A DNA stretch of 64,000 bases from Candidatus Omnitrophota bacterium (GCA_041651115.1 JBAZJY010000002.1:414855-478854); one strand, 5' to 3'. Numbered from the stretch's first letter, positions 9,526 to 18,914 are shown. Program-made: numbers and translations. The notes: generated by a model not told the origin, from the sequence alone.

Positions 9526-9998
9526 TGAAAAATAAGCCTTTGCACAAACATAAACGGCCAAGTTGGGATGAATATTTTTTGGAAGTTGCCGGCCTTGTTT
9601 CTAAAAGGTCAACTTGTTTACGCAGGCGCGTGGGCGCAGTGCTGGTAAGGGACAAAAAGATCCTGGCTACCGGCTATAACGGAGCGCCGTCCGGCGTAAG
9701 GCACTGCACTGACATCGGCTGCCTGAGGGAAAGACTAAAAATTCCTTCCGGCCAGCGGCATGAACTTTGCCGCGGCCTGCATGCCGAGCAAAACGTTATC
9801 CTGCAGGCGGCTTTACACGGCTCAAGCACCAAAGACAGCTGCCTTTATGTTACCAATCAGCCGTGTATGATCTGCGCCAAGATGCTGATCAATGCCGGCA
9901 TTAAAGAGATCGTTATCTCCGACGGTTATCCCGATGAAATGGCAGCCAAATTTTTAAAGGAAGCCAAAGTCAAGGTCAGGAAGTCTAACCATAAATGA
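9525..9998 (+). CDS. dCMP deaminase (ComEB-type cytidine/deoxycytidylate deaminase)
   Basis: HAEQNV...[18 protein letters not shown] zinc-binding deaminase motifs; 157 aa. Confidence 0.85.
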   Translation: MKNKPLHKHKRPSWDEYFLEVAGLVSKRSTCLRRRVGAVLVRDKKILATGYNGAPSGVRHCTDIGCLRERLKIPSGQRHELCRGLHAEQNVILQAALHGSSTKDSCLYVTNQPCMICAKMLINAGIKEIVISDGYPDEMAAKFLKEAKVKVRKSNHK

Positions 9999-10477
9999 AG
10001 TGTCCCTATTGCGGTTATAAAGAAGATAAGGTTGTGGATTCGCGGGCAACGCAGGAGCAGTTTGCCATCCGCCGCAGGCGTGAATGCCTTAAGTGCGGCA
10101 AGCGTTTTACTACCTACGAATATATTGAAGAAGTTTCCCTGATGGTAATAAAGAAAGACGGCCGCCGGGAGCCATTTGACCGCAAAAAGATCCTTGCCGG
10201 GATCATCCGCGCTTGCGAAAAAAGGCCGATCAGCATGGAGAAGATGGAAGAGATCGCCACGCAGGTTGAGCGGCAGATCCAGAAAAAAACCGACCGCGAA
10301 GCGCCCGCTGCCAAGATCGGCGAGCTGGTGATGGAAAGGCTTAAAATCCTCGATGACGTTGCCTATGTAAGGTTTGCCTCGGTTTACCGGCAGTTTAAAG
10401 ACGTCGGCCAATTTATGTCGGAATTAAAAGAAATGCTCGGCAAGGAAAAAAAGGACAGCCGCACAAAAAGGAGATAG
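9995..10477 (+). CDS. nrdR: Transcriptional repressor NrdR
   Basis: [17 protein letters not shown] zinc ribbon plus an ATP-cone; 160 aa. Confidence 0.9.
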   Translation: MKCPYCGYKEDKVVDSRATQEQFAIRRRRECLKCGKRFTTYEYIEEVSLMVIKKDGRREPFDRKKILAGIIRACEKRPISMEKMEEIATQVERQIQKKTDREAPAAKIGELVMERLKILDDVAYVRFASVYRQFKDVGQFMSELKEMLGKEKKDSRTKRR

Positions 10478-10484
10478 CGCATCT

Positions 10485-10895
10485 ATGGTTGAAATGGAGC
10501 TTTCTAAGATCGTCATCGATGAAAAAAGGCACGATCAGCTGATTGTCCTTAAAGAAAAGAACGGCGTCAAGATCCTGCCGATCGTGATCGGGCTTTCGGA
10601 GGCATCGGCGATAAAGTTGAAGATCAGCGGCATTATCCCTCCTAGGCCGGTGACCCACGACCTCCTGCATAATACGATCAGAGACCTTGAGGCGAATATT
10701 GAAAAAGTGATCATCGACAAGCTGGAAGGCGAGATATTCCACGCCAAGCTCGTCATAAAGACGAATACCGGCAGCACCAAGATCATTGATTGCCGGCCTT
10801 CAGACAGTATTGCCCTGGCAGTGAGGGCGCACGCCCCTATATTCGTGGAAGACGGGATCATCCGGCAGTCGGAAATATTTAACAAGACCAAATAA
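10485..10895 (+). CDS. Bifunctional nuclease family protein (BFN/DUF151)
   Basis: 136 aa with the DUF151 pattern (ILPIVIGLSEASAI, RPVTHDLL). Confidence 0.75.
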   Translation: MVEMELSKIVIDEKRHDQLIVLKEKNGVKILPIVIGLSEASAIKLKISGIIPPRPVTHDLLHNTIRDLEANIEKVIIDKLEGEIFHAKLVIKTNTGSTKIIDCRPSDSIALAVRAHAPIFVEDGIIRQSEIFNKTK

Positions 10896-10903
10896 AAGGC
10901 TAT

Positions 10904-12367
10904 ATGACCTTTTCCATAAGGCCCCAGGACAAGACCCTGCTCAAAGAAGTCCACTGCTTTGCCGTTTCTCAAAGAATAGAGCTTTATATTGTTGGAGGAT
11001 ATCTCAGGGACAGCGTATTAAAAAGGCAAAAAGATAACCCCGATATTGATTTTTGCCTGGCCAGGCAATCCATAAAATTCGGCAGAAGATTAGCCGCAAA
11101 GATTAAAGCCGGGTTTGTGGCCCTTGATGATGAGCGCGGCTGCTGCCGGCTGATAAAAAGGATAAACAATAAAACCTACACTTTGGATTTTGCGGATTTC
11201 CGCGCCGGTACCTTAAAACACGATCTTCTGCACCGCGATTTCACGATCAACTGCCTGGCTGTGGGCCTTGAGGAAGCGATCAATAATGAGGATTTTTCCA
11301 GATCCGTCATTGATCCTGCCTGTGGTATGCAAGACTTGCAAAAAAAGACCATCCGGGCAATAAATTCCAAAAGCTTTGATGAAGATCCATTGCGCATCCT
11401 GCGCGCTTTCAGCCTGTCCTGTATATTCGGTTTTAAGATAGATAAGCAAACACTCCGGATGATAAAGGCAAAGAAAAATAAACTGACAGTTGTTTCTCAA
11501 GAACGCATCCGCGATGAACTGTTTAAGATCCTGGCCAGGCCGGATAGCTTTGCTTGTCTTCAGGAGATGGACAAGCCGGGGGTTTTAAGGCTGGTCATGC
11601 CGGAAATAGAGGTAATGCGCGGAGTAAACCAGGGGCCGTATCACCATCTTGACGTATTTAAACATTCTATGGAAACCCTAAGGCAGCTGGAAATAATCAT
11701 CAAGGAATATGCCGATGACCGAGATGTGCAGGCTGATCTTAATACGGTCATTTCGGGGGACCGGCTGAGGCAAAGCCTGCTTAAGCTCGGCGCGTTCCTG
11801 CATGATATCGGAAAGCCAGAGGTGAAACGCCGCAAAGAAGGCAAGATGATTTTCCATGGCCATGAGCGCAGCGGCGCGGAAATTACCAAGATCATCGCCA
11901 AGAGATTGAAGCTTTCTAACGAAGAGCTGGATGCTTTAAGGAAAATGGTTTTCTGGCATTTACGGCCGGGTTATATGGGCGATAGCAAGGCCCTTACTGC
12001 CCGGGCAAAATTCCGTTATTTTCGCGACGCAGGCAAAGAGGGCGCAAGCGTGCTTTTATTGTCGCTGGCTGACCAACGCTCTACGCGCGGGCCGTTGACT
12101 ACCCGCGCCTCGCGGCTGCGCCATGAAAAAGTAGTTTCCGGATTGATTAAAGAATATTTCCGCAGGCAAAAAGAAAAAAAGGTGGCGCGGCTGGTAAACG
12201 GCAATGACCTGATGAAAAAATTCAAACTTAAGCCTTCGCCGCTTGTCGGCAAGATATTGTCCGGGTTAGAAGAGCTTCAGGCTACGGCTAAGATCAGGAC
12301 AAAGGCGCAGGCGTTTGAAGCAGCGAAAAAGATTATCAAGGGGGGAACTGAAAAATGCAAGCGTTAA
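10904..12367 (+). CDS. cca: CCA tRNA nucleotidyltransferase / poly(A) polymerase family with HD domain
   Basis: GGYLRD, DIDF and RD motifs of the Pol-beta nucleotidyltransferase head, with an HD-domain pattern (HDIGKP) downstream. Confidence 0.8.
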   Translation: MTFSIRPQDKTLLKEVHCFAVSQRIELYIVGGYLRDSVLKRQKDNPDIDFCLARQSIKFGRRLAAKIKAGFVALDDERGCCRLIKRINNKTYTLDFADFRAGTLKHDLLHRDFTINCLAVGLEEAINNEDFSRSVIDPACGMQDLQKKTIRAINSKSFDEDPLRILRAFSLSCIFGFKIDKQTLRMIKAKKNKLTVVSQERIRDELFKILARPDSFACLQEMDKPGVLRLVMPEIEVMRGVNQGPYHHLDVFKHSMETLRQLEIIIKEYADDRDVQADLNTVISGDRLRQSLLKLGAFLHDIGKPEVKRRKEGKMIFHGHERSGAEITKIIAKRLKLSNEELDALRKMVFWHLRPGYMGDSKALTARAKFRYFRDAGKEGASVLLLSLADQRSTRGPLTTRASRLRHEKVVSGLIKEYFRRQKEKKVARLVNGNDLMKKFKLKPSPLVGKILSGLEELQATAKIRTKAQAFEAAKKIIKGGTEKCKR

Positions 12368-12942
12368 AACGGCATTTTATTACCGGCTTGATCGTGATCA
12401 TACCGTTGTTCCTTACGGTTTATTTATTTATATTTATCTTTAAGTTTTTTGACGGCATTTTAGGCGGGTTTATCAATAGCTTTATTAAAGATAAGCTCGG
12501 TTTTTATATCCCCGGCCTGGGTTTGATATTATCCGTATTCATCATATTGTTTACCGGGATCATTGCCAGCCGGCTCATCGGTAAAAAAATATTTGCCATT
12601 TTCGAGAAATGGTATGCCGGCCTGCCCCTGATCAAGAACATCTATCCTGCCTTTAAGCAATTAGTCGTTTTTCTTCTGGCGCAAAAGGAAACCGGCTTTA
12701 AGCGGGTCGTCTTGGTAGAATATCCCTCCAAAGGGATCTGGTCCGTTGGTTTTTTGACCAATGAGGGGATGGAAAAGATCAATAATGCCTGCGGCCGCGA
12801 TATGGTGGGAGTATTCCTGATCCTTTCTCCCGGCCCGTTCAGCGGCTATGTTGTTTTTGTCCCCAGGGAAGAGTTAAAATTTCCCGATATATCCGTAAGC
12901 GACGCGCTGAAGATCATTATTTCCGGCGGCGTGATCAAATGA
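12355..12942 (+). CDS. DUF502-family membrane protein
   Basis: 195 aa; an N-terminal TM region and conserved DUF502-like N-terminus MQALKRHFITGLIVIIPLFLT. Confidence 0.65.
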   Translation: MQALKRHFITGLIVIIPLFLTVYLFIFIFKFFDGILGGFINSFIKDKLGFYIPGLGLILSVFIILFTGIIASRLIGKKIFAIFEKWYAGLPLIKNIYPAFKQLVVFLLAQKETGFKRVVLVEYPSKGIWSVGFLTNEGMEKINNACGRDMVGVFLILSPGPFSGYVVFVPREELKFPDISVSDALKIIISGGVIK

Positions 12943-12953
12943 GGTGAAAAATA

Positions 12954-13613
12954 ATGAATCCGACTAAGACTAAATCGCTGCAAGAGATCGAGCAAAAAAT
13001 GGAAAATATTGACCCGGCTTCGCTGCGCTACCACATTTTAAAAAACGCCAAGGATTTTAAGACTTCCTGGATTGAGCTTGGCCGCGCGCTTTATACGGTA
13101 TTTAAGGACAAGCTTTACAAAGAATGGGGCTATGGCTCGTTTGAGATCTATACGGCGCGGGAGATCGGCATAAGAAAACAGACGGCAATGAAGCTTTTAC
13201 GGTCGTATTATTTCCTGGAAAAAGAAGAGCCGCTTTATTTAAAGAAAGATTACGTAGAGTCAGCCGATGCTGCCGCGATCCCCAGTTATGAATCGGTTGA
13301 CCTGCTCAGGCAGGCAAAAAATAAAAAGGCCATTGATGAAGAAGATTATACCGCGCTTAAAAAAGAGGTATTTGAAAAAGGCAAAGATGTTTCTGAAATA
13401 AAAAAAGGCCTTACGGCGATCATCAGGCAAAGAGAAGAGCTTGAGCCGGAAGAGGCGCGGGAAAAAAGGAAGATCGCCACGTTAAGAAGGTTCCTCGGAG
13501 TGTTAAAAACGCTCAAACAGGAAATTGAAGCCGCAAAACTCGCTCCCGCAGCTCTGATTAAAGAAACAGCGGCGTTGATATCCAGGTTTGAGGCGGAAAT
13601 AGGAAAGGAGTGA
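12954..13613 (+). CDS. Hypothetical protein (charged, coiled-coil-rich, possible HTH)
   Basis: 219-aa ORF with an RBS (gaggtgaaaaataATG). I recognise no family. Confidence 0.5.
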   Translation: MNPTKTKSLQEIEQKMENIDPASLRYHILKNAKDFKTSWIELGRALYTVFKDKLYKEWGYGSFEIYTAREIGIRKQTAMKLLRSYYFLEKEEPLYLKKDYVESADAAAIPSYESVDLLRQAKNKKAIDEEDYTALKKEVFEKGKDVSEIKKGLTAIIRQREELEPEEAREKRKIATLRRFLGVLKTLKQEIEAAKLAPAALIKETAALISRFEAEIGKE

Positions 13614-13617
13614 GCAA

Positions 13618-14562
13618 ATGAAAAAAATAAACCTTTTCATCGGTATTGCAGTTCTTTCCTTAATCCTTCTTGTTGTTGCCAAAGATCAGATCATAAGGAT
13701 AGCGGTAGAGGTAGGCGCGAAACAAGTCTTGGGTGCGGATGTGCGCATCGGCGGCATGTCCATGGGGATCTTCCGCCATCGGATCGTCATAAAGGATTTA
13801 AGGGTATATAATCCGCAGGATTTCCCCGAAGGGATATTGCTGAATATTCCCAGGATCAGCGTGGATTATGACCTCGGGGCATTACTTCAGAAGAAAATAT
13901 ATATTAAACGGCTGGAATTGAACCTGAAAGAATTAGTGGTAATTAAAAATAAAAAAGGCGCGATGAATGTTGACGCGCTGAAGGTCGCGGAAAAAGAGGA
14001 TAAGCCGGCCAAAGAACAACCGGCGCCGCAGTTTAAGATAGATTATTTGTTGTTAAGTATCGGCCAGGTGGTTTATAAGGACTTCAGCACGGCAGATAAG
14101 CCGAAGATCGAAGCATTTGATATTAACGTCAAAGAGCAGGTCTATAAGAACATCACAAATCCGCAGCAGCTGGCAACATTGGCGATCACCGAGGCAATGC
14201 GCCGCACAACCATAAAGGCGGCGCGGATCTACGGCGTAGCCAGCCTTGCGGGAGTGGCAGTGCTTCCTTTTGCGGCAGCGCTCATGGTTACCGGCAGCGA
14301 TAGCGTGAGCGCTGATTTTGACGATGATTGGGATAAAGTTTTTACGGCATGCATAGAAGCGGTTAAACATGTGGGCAAGGTTGTCGCCGAAAATAAGACA
14401 AGAGGCACGATCAGCGGAGAAAGCGCAGGCGGAGATATCGCAGTTAAACTTGAAAAATCCGGCAACAAGGTAAAGGCAACCGTTTCAGTAAGAAAATATT
14501 TTCTTCCTAAGAAAGAAGCTGCCGGGGGAATATTGTTTCAGGTTTCGGAGCAGTTAAAATAA
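13618..14562 (+). CDS. Hypothetical exported or membrane-anchored protein
   Basis: 314 aa with an N-terminal signal/anchor MKKINLFIGIAVLSLILLVVA, followed by a Gly/Ala-rich hydrophobic segment. Confidence 0.5.
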   Translation: MKKINLFIGIAVLSLILLVVAKDQIIRIAVEVGAKQVLGADVRIGGMSMGIFRHRIVIKDLRVYNPQDFPEGILLNIPRISVDYDLGALLQKKIYIKRLELNLKELVVIKNKKGAMNVDALKVAEKEDKPAKEQPAPQFKIDYLLLSIGQVVYKDFSTADKPKIEAFDINVKEQVYKNITNPQQLATLAITEAMRRTTIKAARIYGVASLAGVAVLPFAAALMVTGSDSVSADFDDDWDKVFTACIEAVKHVGKVVAENKTRGTISGESAGGDIAVKLEKSGNKVKATVSVRKYFLPKKEAAGGILFQVSEQLK

Positions 14563-14575
14563 GAAGGAGAGAGAC

Positions 14576-14983
14576 ATGGTACAAAATGCGTATCTGGGTA
14601 AGGAGATCGTAGTAACCGTAACAAACCGCATCGGCATATTGGCGGACATGTCCAAGATCCTCGCTGATCACGGCATTAACATCGTGGCAGTTGCCGGCTA
14701 TGCAACAGAGAACGAAGCAAAGATAATGGTGGTTACTGAAGATAATCTGCGCGCCTCCGACGCTCTCGTCAAGGCAGGCTATAAAGGCGCCAGGGAAAAT
14801 CCCGTGTTGATCGTTGAGCTGGATGATAAGCCCGGGGCTTTAAGGAATATAACTACGAAGCTGGCAGCGGAGAATATAGATATCAGGTATATTTACGGCA
14901 CTGCCTGTTCCGTGAAATGCCCGGCAAAGATCGTGCTTTCTACAAGCAGCGACGAAAAAGCATTACTGGTATTTAAAAAATAA
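14576..14983 (+). CDS. ACT-domain protein
   Basis: 135 aa with two ACT-like beta-alpha-beta-beta-alpha-beta halves; RBS aaggagag. Confidence 0.6.
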   Translation: MVQNAYLGKEIVVTVTNRIGILADMSKILADHGINIVAVAGYATENEAKIMVVTEDNLRASDALVKAGYKGARENPVLIVELDDKPGALRNITTKLAAENIDIRYIYGTACSVKCPAKIVLSTSSDEKALLVFKK

Positions 14984-15498
14984 TGCTTAACCGCGAAGAG
15001 ATCGAGAAATTAATACAGGAGATAAAGCTGGTAGACGGCTATATGGACGCTGCTGTCCAGTTGACGCCTAATGGTTTTGACTTGACTGCCGCCAGTATTT
15101 TTGAATTTATCGGCCAGGGAAGCGTTGATTTTTCCAATAAGGAGAGGCAGCTTCCGGAATGCCGTGAGGTTGAGGCGCAAAAAGCAAGCCCGCAGGATAA
15201 ATTCGGCTGGTGGCATCTAAGGCCCGGGGTTTATAAAGTAAAAACTAACGAAGCCGTGAACCTGCCGCAGGACCTTATCGCGCTGGCATTTACGCGCACT
15301 TCGCTTCTAAGGGCAGGCGCCTTTACCCAACACGGCGTCTGGGACGCGGGTTTTAAAGGCAAGGGCGAATTTATCTTAAGCGTGCAAAACCCGGCCGGCC
15401 TGAAATTGAAACAGAATGCCCGGGTGGCACAGCTGGTATTTTTGAAGATCAACGAAACTAACCACAGCTATAAGGGGATCTACCAAAACTTAGTTTAA
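14983..15498 (+). CDS. dCTP deaminase/dUTPase-superfamily protein (Dcd-like)
   Basis: Dcd-like motifs RTSLLRAGAF...WDAGFKGKGEFILSVQN...ARVAQLVF; 171 aa. Confidence 0.65.
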   Translation: MLNREEIEKLIQEIKLVDGYMDAAVQLTPNGFDLTAASIFEFIGQGSVDFSNKERQLPECREVEAQKASPQDKFGWWHLRPGVYKVKTNEAVNLPQDLIALAFTRTSLLRAGAFTQHGVWDAGFKGKGEFILSVQNPAGLKLKQNARVAQLVFLKINETNHSYKGIYQNLV

Positions 15499-15612
15499 AG
15501 GTTAAGGTTAAGAAGCCAGTATGGTAAATTAGGTTAGGGTTAAGTATTAATGACCTAACCTTAACCTCTAATCCATACTGGCATCCTGACCCTAACCTAA
15601 TAACTTAACCGA
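15499..15612. repeat. Family-A palindromic intergenic repeat, copy 1 (about 115 nt; ggttaaggttaagaagccagtatggt ... ccatactggcatcct ... aacc)
   Basis: Nested inverted repeats. Two more copies lie at 37641..37762 and 53977..54094, all intergenic and in the same orientation. Confidence 0.85.
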
Positions 15613-15621
15613 TAAATTACG

Positions 15622-16548
15622 ATGGTTATCAGAGGCGTAGAAATTAAAGTTGTAAAAGCCGATATTACCGAATTAAAAGCCGATGCCATTGTCAATGCCG
15701 CAAATAATAAGCTGGTGATGGGCGGAGGGGTTGCCGGCGCCATCCGCAAAAAAGGCGGCAAGGAGATTGAAGAAGAGGCAATTGAGCAGGGCCCGATCAA
15801 GGTCGGCGATGCGGTTGCTACCCCGGCAGGAAGCTTGCCGGCTAAATTCGTCATTCATGCGGCAACCATGGGTATGGATTTTAAGACAGATGAGGTTAAG
15901 GTCAGGGCCGCGGCAAAAAGTGCGCTTTTGCTTGCTGAAAAATTAAAGCTGAAATCAATTGTTTTTCCGGCATTAGGCTGCGGCACCGGAGGGTTTTCTT
16001 TGCTGGCTGCTGCCAAGATCATGGCGCAGGAGGCATTCAGGGTGATCCGGCAGGGCAAGACCTGTTTAAAAGAAATAATCTTTTGCCTTTACGATCAGGA
16101 AGCCGTTGATACTTTTAATACCGGGGTGATTAAATATCTTGAACACATCACCGGTGAATTGCAGAACGGGCCGTTCGCTACGGTTGACGCGATCATTGAG
16201 ATTGACGCGGGAATAGTGATCATTAAAAGAAGCAATCCGCCGTTTGGCTGGGCGCTTCCCGGAGGTTTTCTTGATTTTGGGGAAAAATTAGAAGATGCGG
16301 TTGTGCGGGAGGCAAAAGAAGAGACCGGCCTGGATATTTACGACGTAAAACAATTCCATACCTATTCAGATCCCCGGCGCGATCCGCGCTTCCATACCAT
16401 TGCTACGGTTTTTACTGCCAAGGCAAAAGGCAAGCCCAGAGCAGGCGATGATGCTGCCGCGCTTAAGATCATTACGCAAAAAGATCTACCCAATATAGAG
16501 TTTGCCTTTGATCATAAGCAAATCTTACAGGATTATTTTCAGGTTTAG
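15622..16548 (+). CDS. Macro domain (ADP-ribose/Appr-1''-p processing) fused to a NUDIX hydrolase
   Basis: N-terminal macro motifs ([22 protein letters not shown]). The C-terminal half has a Nudix box ([23 protein letters not shown]). Confidence 0.85.
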   Translation: MVIRGVEIKVVKADITELKADAIVNAANNKLVMGGGVAGAIRKKGGKEIEEEAIEQGPIKVGDAVATPAGSLPAKFVIHAATMGMDFKTDEVKVRAAAKSALLLAEKLKLKSIVFPALGCGTGGFSLLAAAKIMAQEAFRVIRQGKTCLKEIIFCLYDQEAVDTFNTGVIKYLEHITGELQNGPFATVDAIIEIDAGIVIIKRSNPPFGWALPGGFLDFGEKLEDAVVREAKEETGLDIYDVKQFHTYSDPRRDPRFHTIATVFTAKAKGKPRAGDDAAALKIITQKDLPNIEFAFDHKQILQDYFQV

Positions 16549-16622
16549 GGACGGTTTTCAGCCAAGATTAAAAGTATCCCCTTCGGGGCACACTTTTTTC
16601 TTGGACTGAGAACCGTCCCTAT
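16548..16622. repeat. Family-B hairpin repeat, copy 1 (TAGGGACGGTT...AACCGTCCCTA arms; an internal small GC hairpin plus T-run terminator)
   Basis: gggacggttttcagccaag / cttggactgagaaccgtccc arms enclose tatccccttcggggcacactttttt. The left arm begins in the stop codon of the macro-NUDIX gene, as copy 2 at 19465 does with its upstream gene. Confidence 0.75.
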
Positions 16623-16625
16623 CTA

Positions 16626-16653
16626 TTGAAAATAGCATAAAATATGCTATACT
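16626..16653 (+). promoter_or_regulatory. Sigma70-like promoter (TTGAAA-16-TATACT) with an 8-bp perfect inverted repeat (ATAGCATA aaa TATGCTAT) in the spacer
   Basis: Read directly in the sequence. It sits about 7 nt upstream of the candidate sRNA start. Confidence 0.5.
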
Positions 16654-16659
16654 TTTAAT

Positions 16660-16807
16660 GTAAATTAGTTACTCACTGATAAAGGCAAACCCGGAGTAAT
16701 CCGGGGACGCAAAGCCAAGGGTCCTTTGAAAAAAGGACAGCCGGTTGCCAAAGGGGTAGAAGAGTCCGACTTTTATGAACCCTAAAGGCTAACCTTTAGG
16801 GTTTTTT
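16660..16807 (+). ncRNA. Candidate small RNA (about 150 nt) bounded by its own promoter and an intrinsic terminator, class unknown
   Basis: There is no ORF over 20 codons on the plus strand. Internal hairpins are cccggagtaatccggg and gtcctttgaaaaaaggac; it ends in gaaccctaaaggctaacctttagggtttttt. It lies between convergent genes. Confidence 0.45.
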
Positions 16808-16976
16808 ATTGGGATGGGCATGGGAGAGTGAGGGTAAGACGATGAGAAGAACGCAGAAAAAGATGCACAAAAGGGCAACGGCCAAAAGGCATCAGCGCAG
16901 AATGAGCTTTCTTGAAGCGTTGAGGCTGCATGGCGGGTTGCCGATGGCACTGTAGAATTAGGGTCGTTCCCGCGGT

Positions 16977-18854
16977 TCATCCTTCGCGCAGCTGCTTCTC
17001 GGCGTCTACGACATCGCGGTTAATGACCCTAATCGTTTCTTTTATCCTGTCTTTGAGGATATAAGAAACGACTTTGGCTTCATGGATCTCCCGCAATATC
17101 TGTATGCTCATCCGGAAATAGCGCACGACTTCACCTTCGTCGGTATCCGTAGCCTGCAGCGTCTTGTCAAAGCTCGTACCCCTTAGCCATGTCTCCACCG
17201 TATTGCTTAAATGAAAATACGGTTCTTTGCTAAAAGAATAAATGTGGAATTTGGTTTCTTTTTCTTTGATCTTGGCGTAAGTTTCCTCACAGATCCTTTT
17301 TACGTGGCGCATCGCCTTTGAGATATGCGGCGGCCGCTGGTTTTTCCGCGGTTCAAACACGCAGGCAGTAGTGACTACGCCCAATCCGAATTCATCCAGT
17401 TGCTCCAGCATTCCTGCCGCGTAAAGCTCTGAAAGTAAAAGCTCATATCCGTATATTGTCTTTGCGAATTCTCCCTTTTGCGAAAGCTCGCCGTTTTCTA
17501 TGTAACCCATATTTTTCAGGAGATTGAGTTTTGCCTCAATAAGGCGCAGCGCGTCTTTTTGCTCGTGCGGCTTTGACTGGTAATAATGCAAGGACAAGGG
17601 ATAGATCTTAAAAAGGTCATCTTTGTGTTTTTCATAAAGGTTAAGTATAGTCGCGTATGAGTTGTTGAGCTGGCTCTTGACTTCTTCGGGATTTGAATAA
17701 ATTATGCGTTTTACGTCGTCAGCCTGGACGCGGCTTAAATTAACGCGGGAATAAACAAAGCCTTCTTTATCAATGCCGCGCCTGCCTGCGCGTCCGGCCA
17801 TTTGGTAAAAATCACGGGTTTTTAAATTCCGCACGTAGCGGCCGTAAAATTTCCTTAATTCGTCAAAGATCACCGAGCGGCTGGGCATATTTATGCCAAG
17901 GGCAAAGGTTTCGGTGGTAAAGATCACTTTTAAGAGCCGGCTGGTAAAAAGCCGCTCTACGACTTCTTTTAAAGTCGGCAGCATCCCGGCATGATGATAG
18001 GCGATTCCCCGGCGGATAAGCGGGAACATATTCTGCGTGGTGCGGTCGTGTTTTAGGTCAAAGCGTTCGCAAAGGTCGTTGAACATTCGGATGATCTGTT
18101 TTTCTTCTTCGGGTTCAAGAAAATCAAAGCCGTGCATTTCAAAGGCGAGGTCTTCTGCGCGGCGCCTGCCAAAGACAAAATAAATACAGGGTAGGCCTTC
18201 TCTTTGGCGCAGGTAGTTTATCAGCATGCTTAATTTATTCGGCTTTGTTCCGCGCAGCCTCTTTAATATATGTACGTTATCCACGACTTCATTCTGGCAT
18301 TGGAAGAAGAAATGCAAGGGTACCGGCCGCTTATCTTCAATTACTACTTTTACCGGCTTGTTGTGGATAGACTCTATCCAGCCGGCGAACTGTTTGATGT
18401 TGGGAATAGTTGCGGAAAGCCCGAGCATGTTCATATGTTTAGGTAGAAAGATCAGGGATTCTTCCCAGACTGTGCCGCGCTCGTAGTTATCAATGTAATG
18501 GATCTCGTCAAAAATGATCCAGGAATACTGCTTGAGGCTGTCCGGTTCATCAAGCACTTTATTGCGGAAGATCTCCGTGGTCATGATCAGGACCGGCGCG
18601 TAAGGGTTGATTGAAACGTCGCCGGTGAGGATCCCGATATTATCTTTGAACTGGCCCTGGAAATCGCGGAATTTCTGGTTGGAAAGCGCCTTGATCGGCG
18701 CGGTATAGATCACCCCGCGCTGGTTCTCAATGCTGGTAGCGATGATATGCTCGGCAATCGCGGTTTTCCCGGCTCCGGTAGGTGCGGAAACGATCACGGA
18801 AAACCCCTGGTTGATGTAGTCGATTGCTTCCTGCTGGAACCGATCGTAGATCAT
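16977..18854 (-). CDS. Ski2/HelY-like DExH-box superfamily-2 helicase
   Basis: 625 aa. Motifs I (APTGAGKT), II (DEIH) and a SAT-like motif, then the helicase C-domain (QMAGRAGRRG) and a C-terminal Ski2-type DSHCT-like region. It is the only large minus-strand gene. Confidence 0.8.
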   Translation of the reverse strand: MIYDRFQQEAIDYINQGFSVIVSAPTGAGKTAIAEHIIATSIENQRGVIYTAPIKALSNQKFRDFQGQFKDNIGILTGDVSINPYAPVLIMTTEIFRNKVLDEPDSLKQYSWIIFDEIHYIDNYERGTVWEESLIFLPKHMNMLGLSATIPNIKQFAGWIESIHNKPVKVVIEDKRPVPLHFFFQCQNEVVDNVHILKRLRGTKPNKLSMLINYLRQREGLPCIYFVFGRRRAEDLAFEMHGFDFLEPEEEKQIIRMFNDLCERFDLKHDRTTQNMFPLIRRGIAYHHAGMLPTLKEVVERLFTSRLLKVIFTTETFALGINMPSRSVIFDELRKFYGRYVRNLKTRDFYQMAGRAGRRGIDKEGFVYSRVNLSRVQADDVKRIIYSNPEEVKSQLNNSYATILNLYEKHKDDLFKIYPLSLHYYQSKPHEQKDALRLIEAKLNLLKNMGYIENGELSQKGEFAKTIYGYELLLSELYAAGMLEQLDEFGLGVVTTACVFEPRKNQRPPHISKAMRHVKRICEETYAKIKEKETKFHIYSFSKEPYFHLSNTVETWLRGTSFDKTLQATDTDEGEVVRYFRMSIQILREIHEAKVVSYILKDRIKETIRVINRDVVDAEKQLREG

Positions 18855-18914
18855 ATATTTATTATAATCTAAATCGTTGATTTATCCAATAAAAAGAAGT
18901 AAAATGAATAAAAT

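Noticed and set aside
16789-16980. 63-aa minus-strand ORF between the sRNA candidate and the helicase
   Set aside because: It has no RBS or homology and overlaps the plus-strand terminator hairpin, so it is likely spurious.
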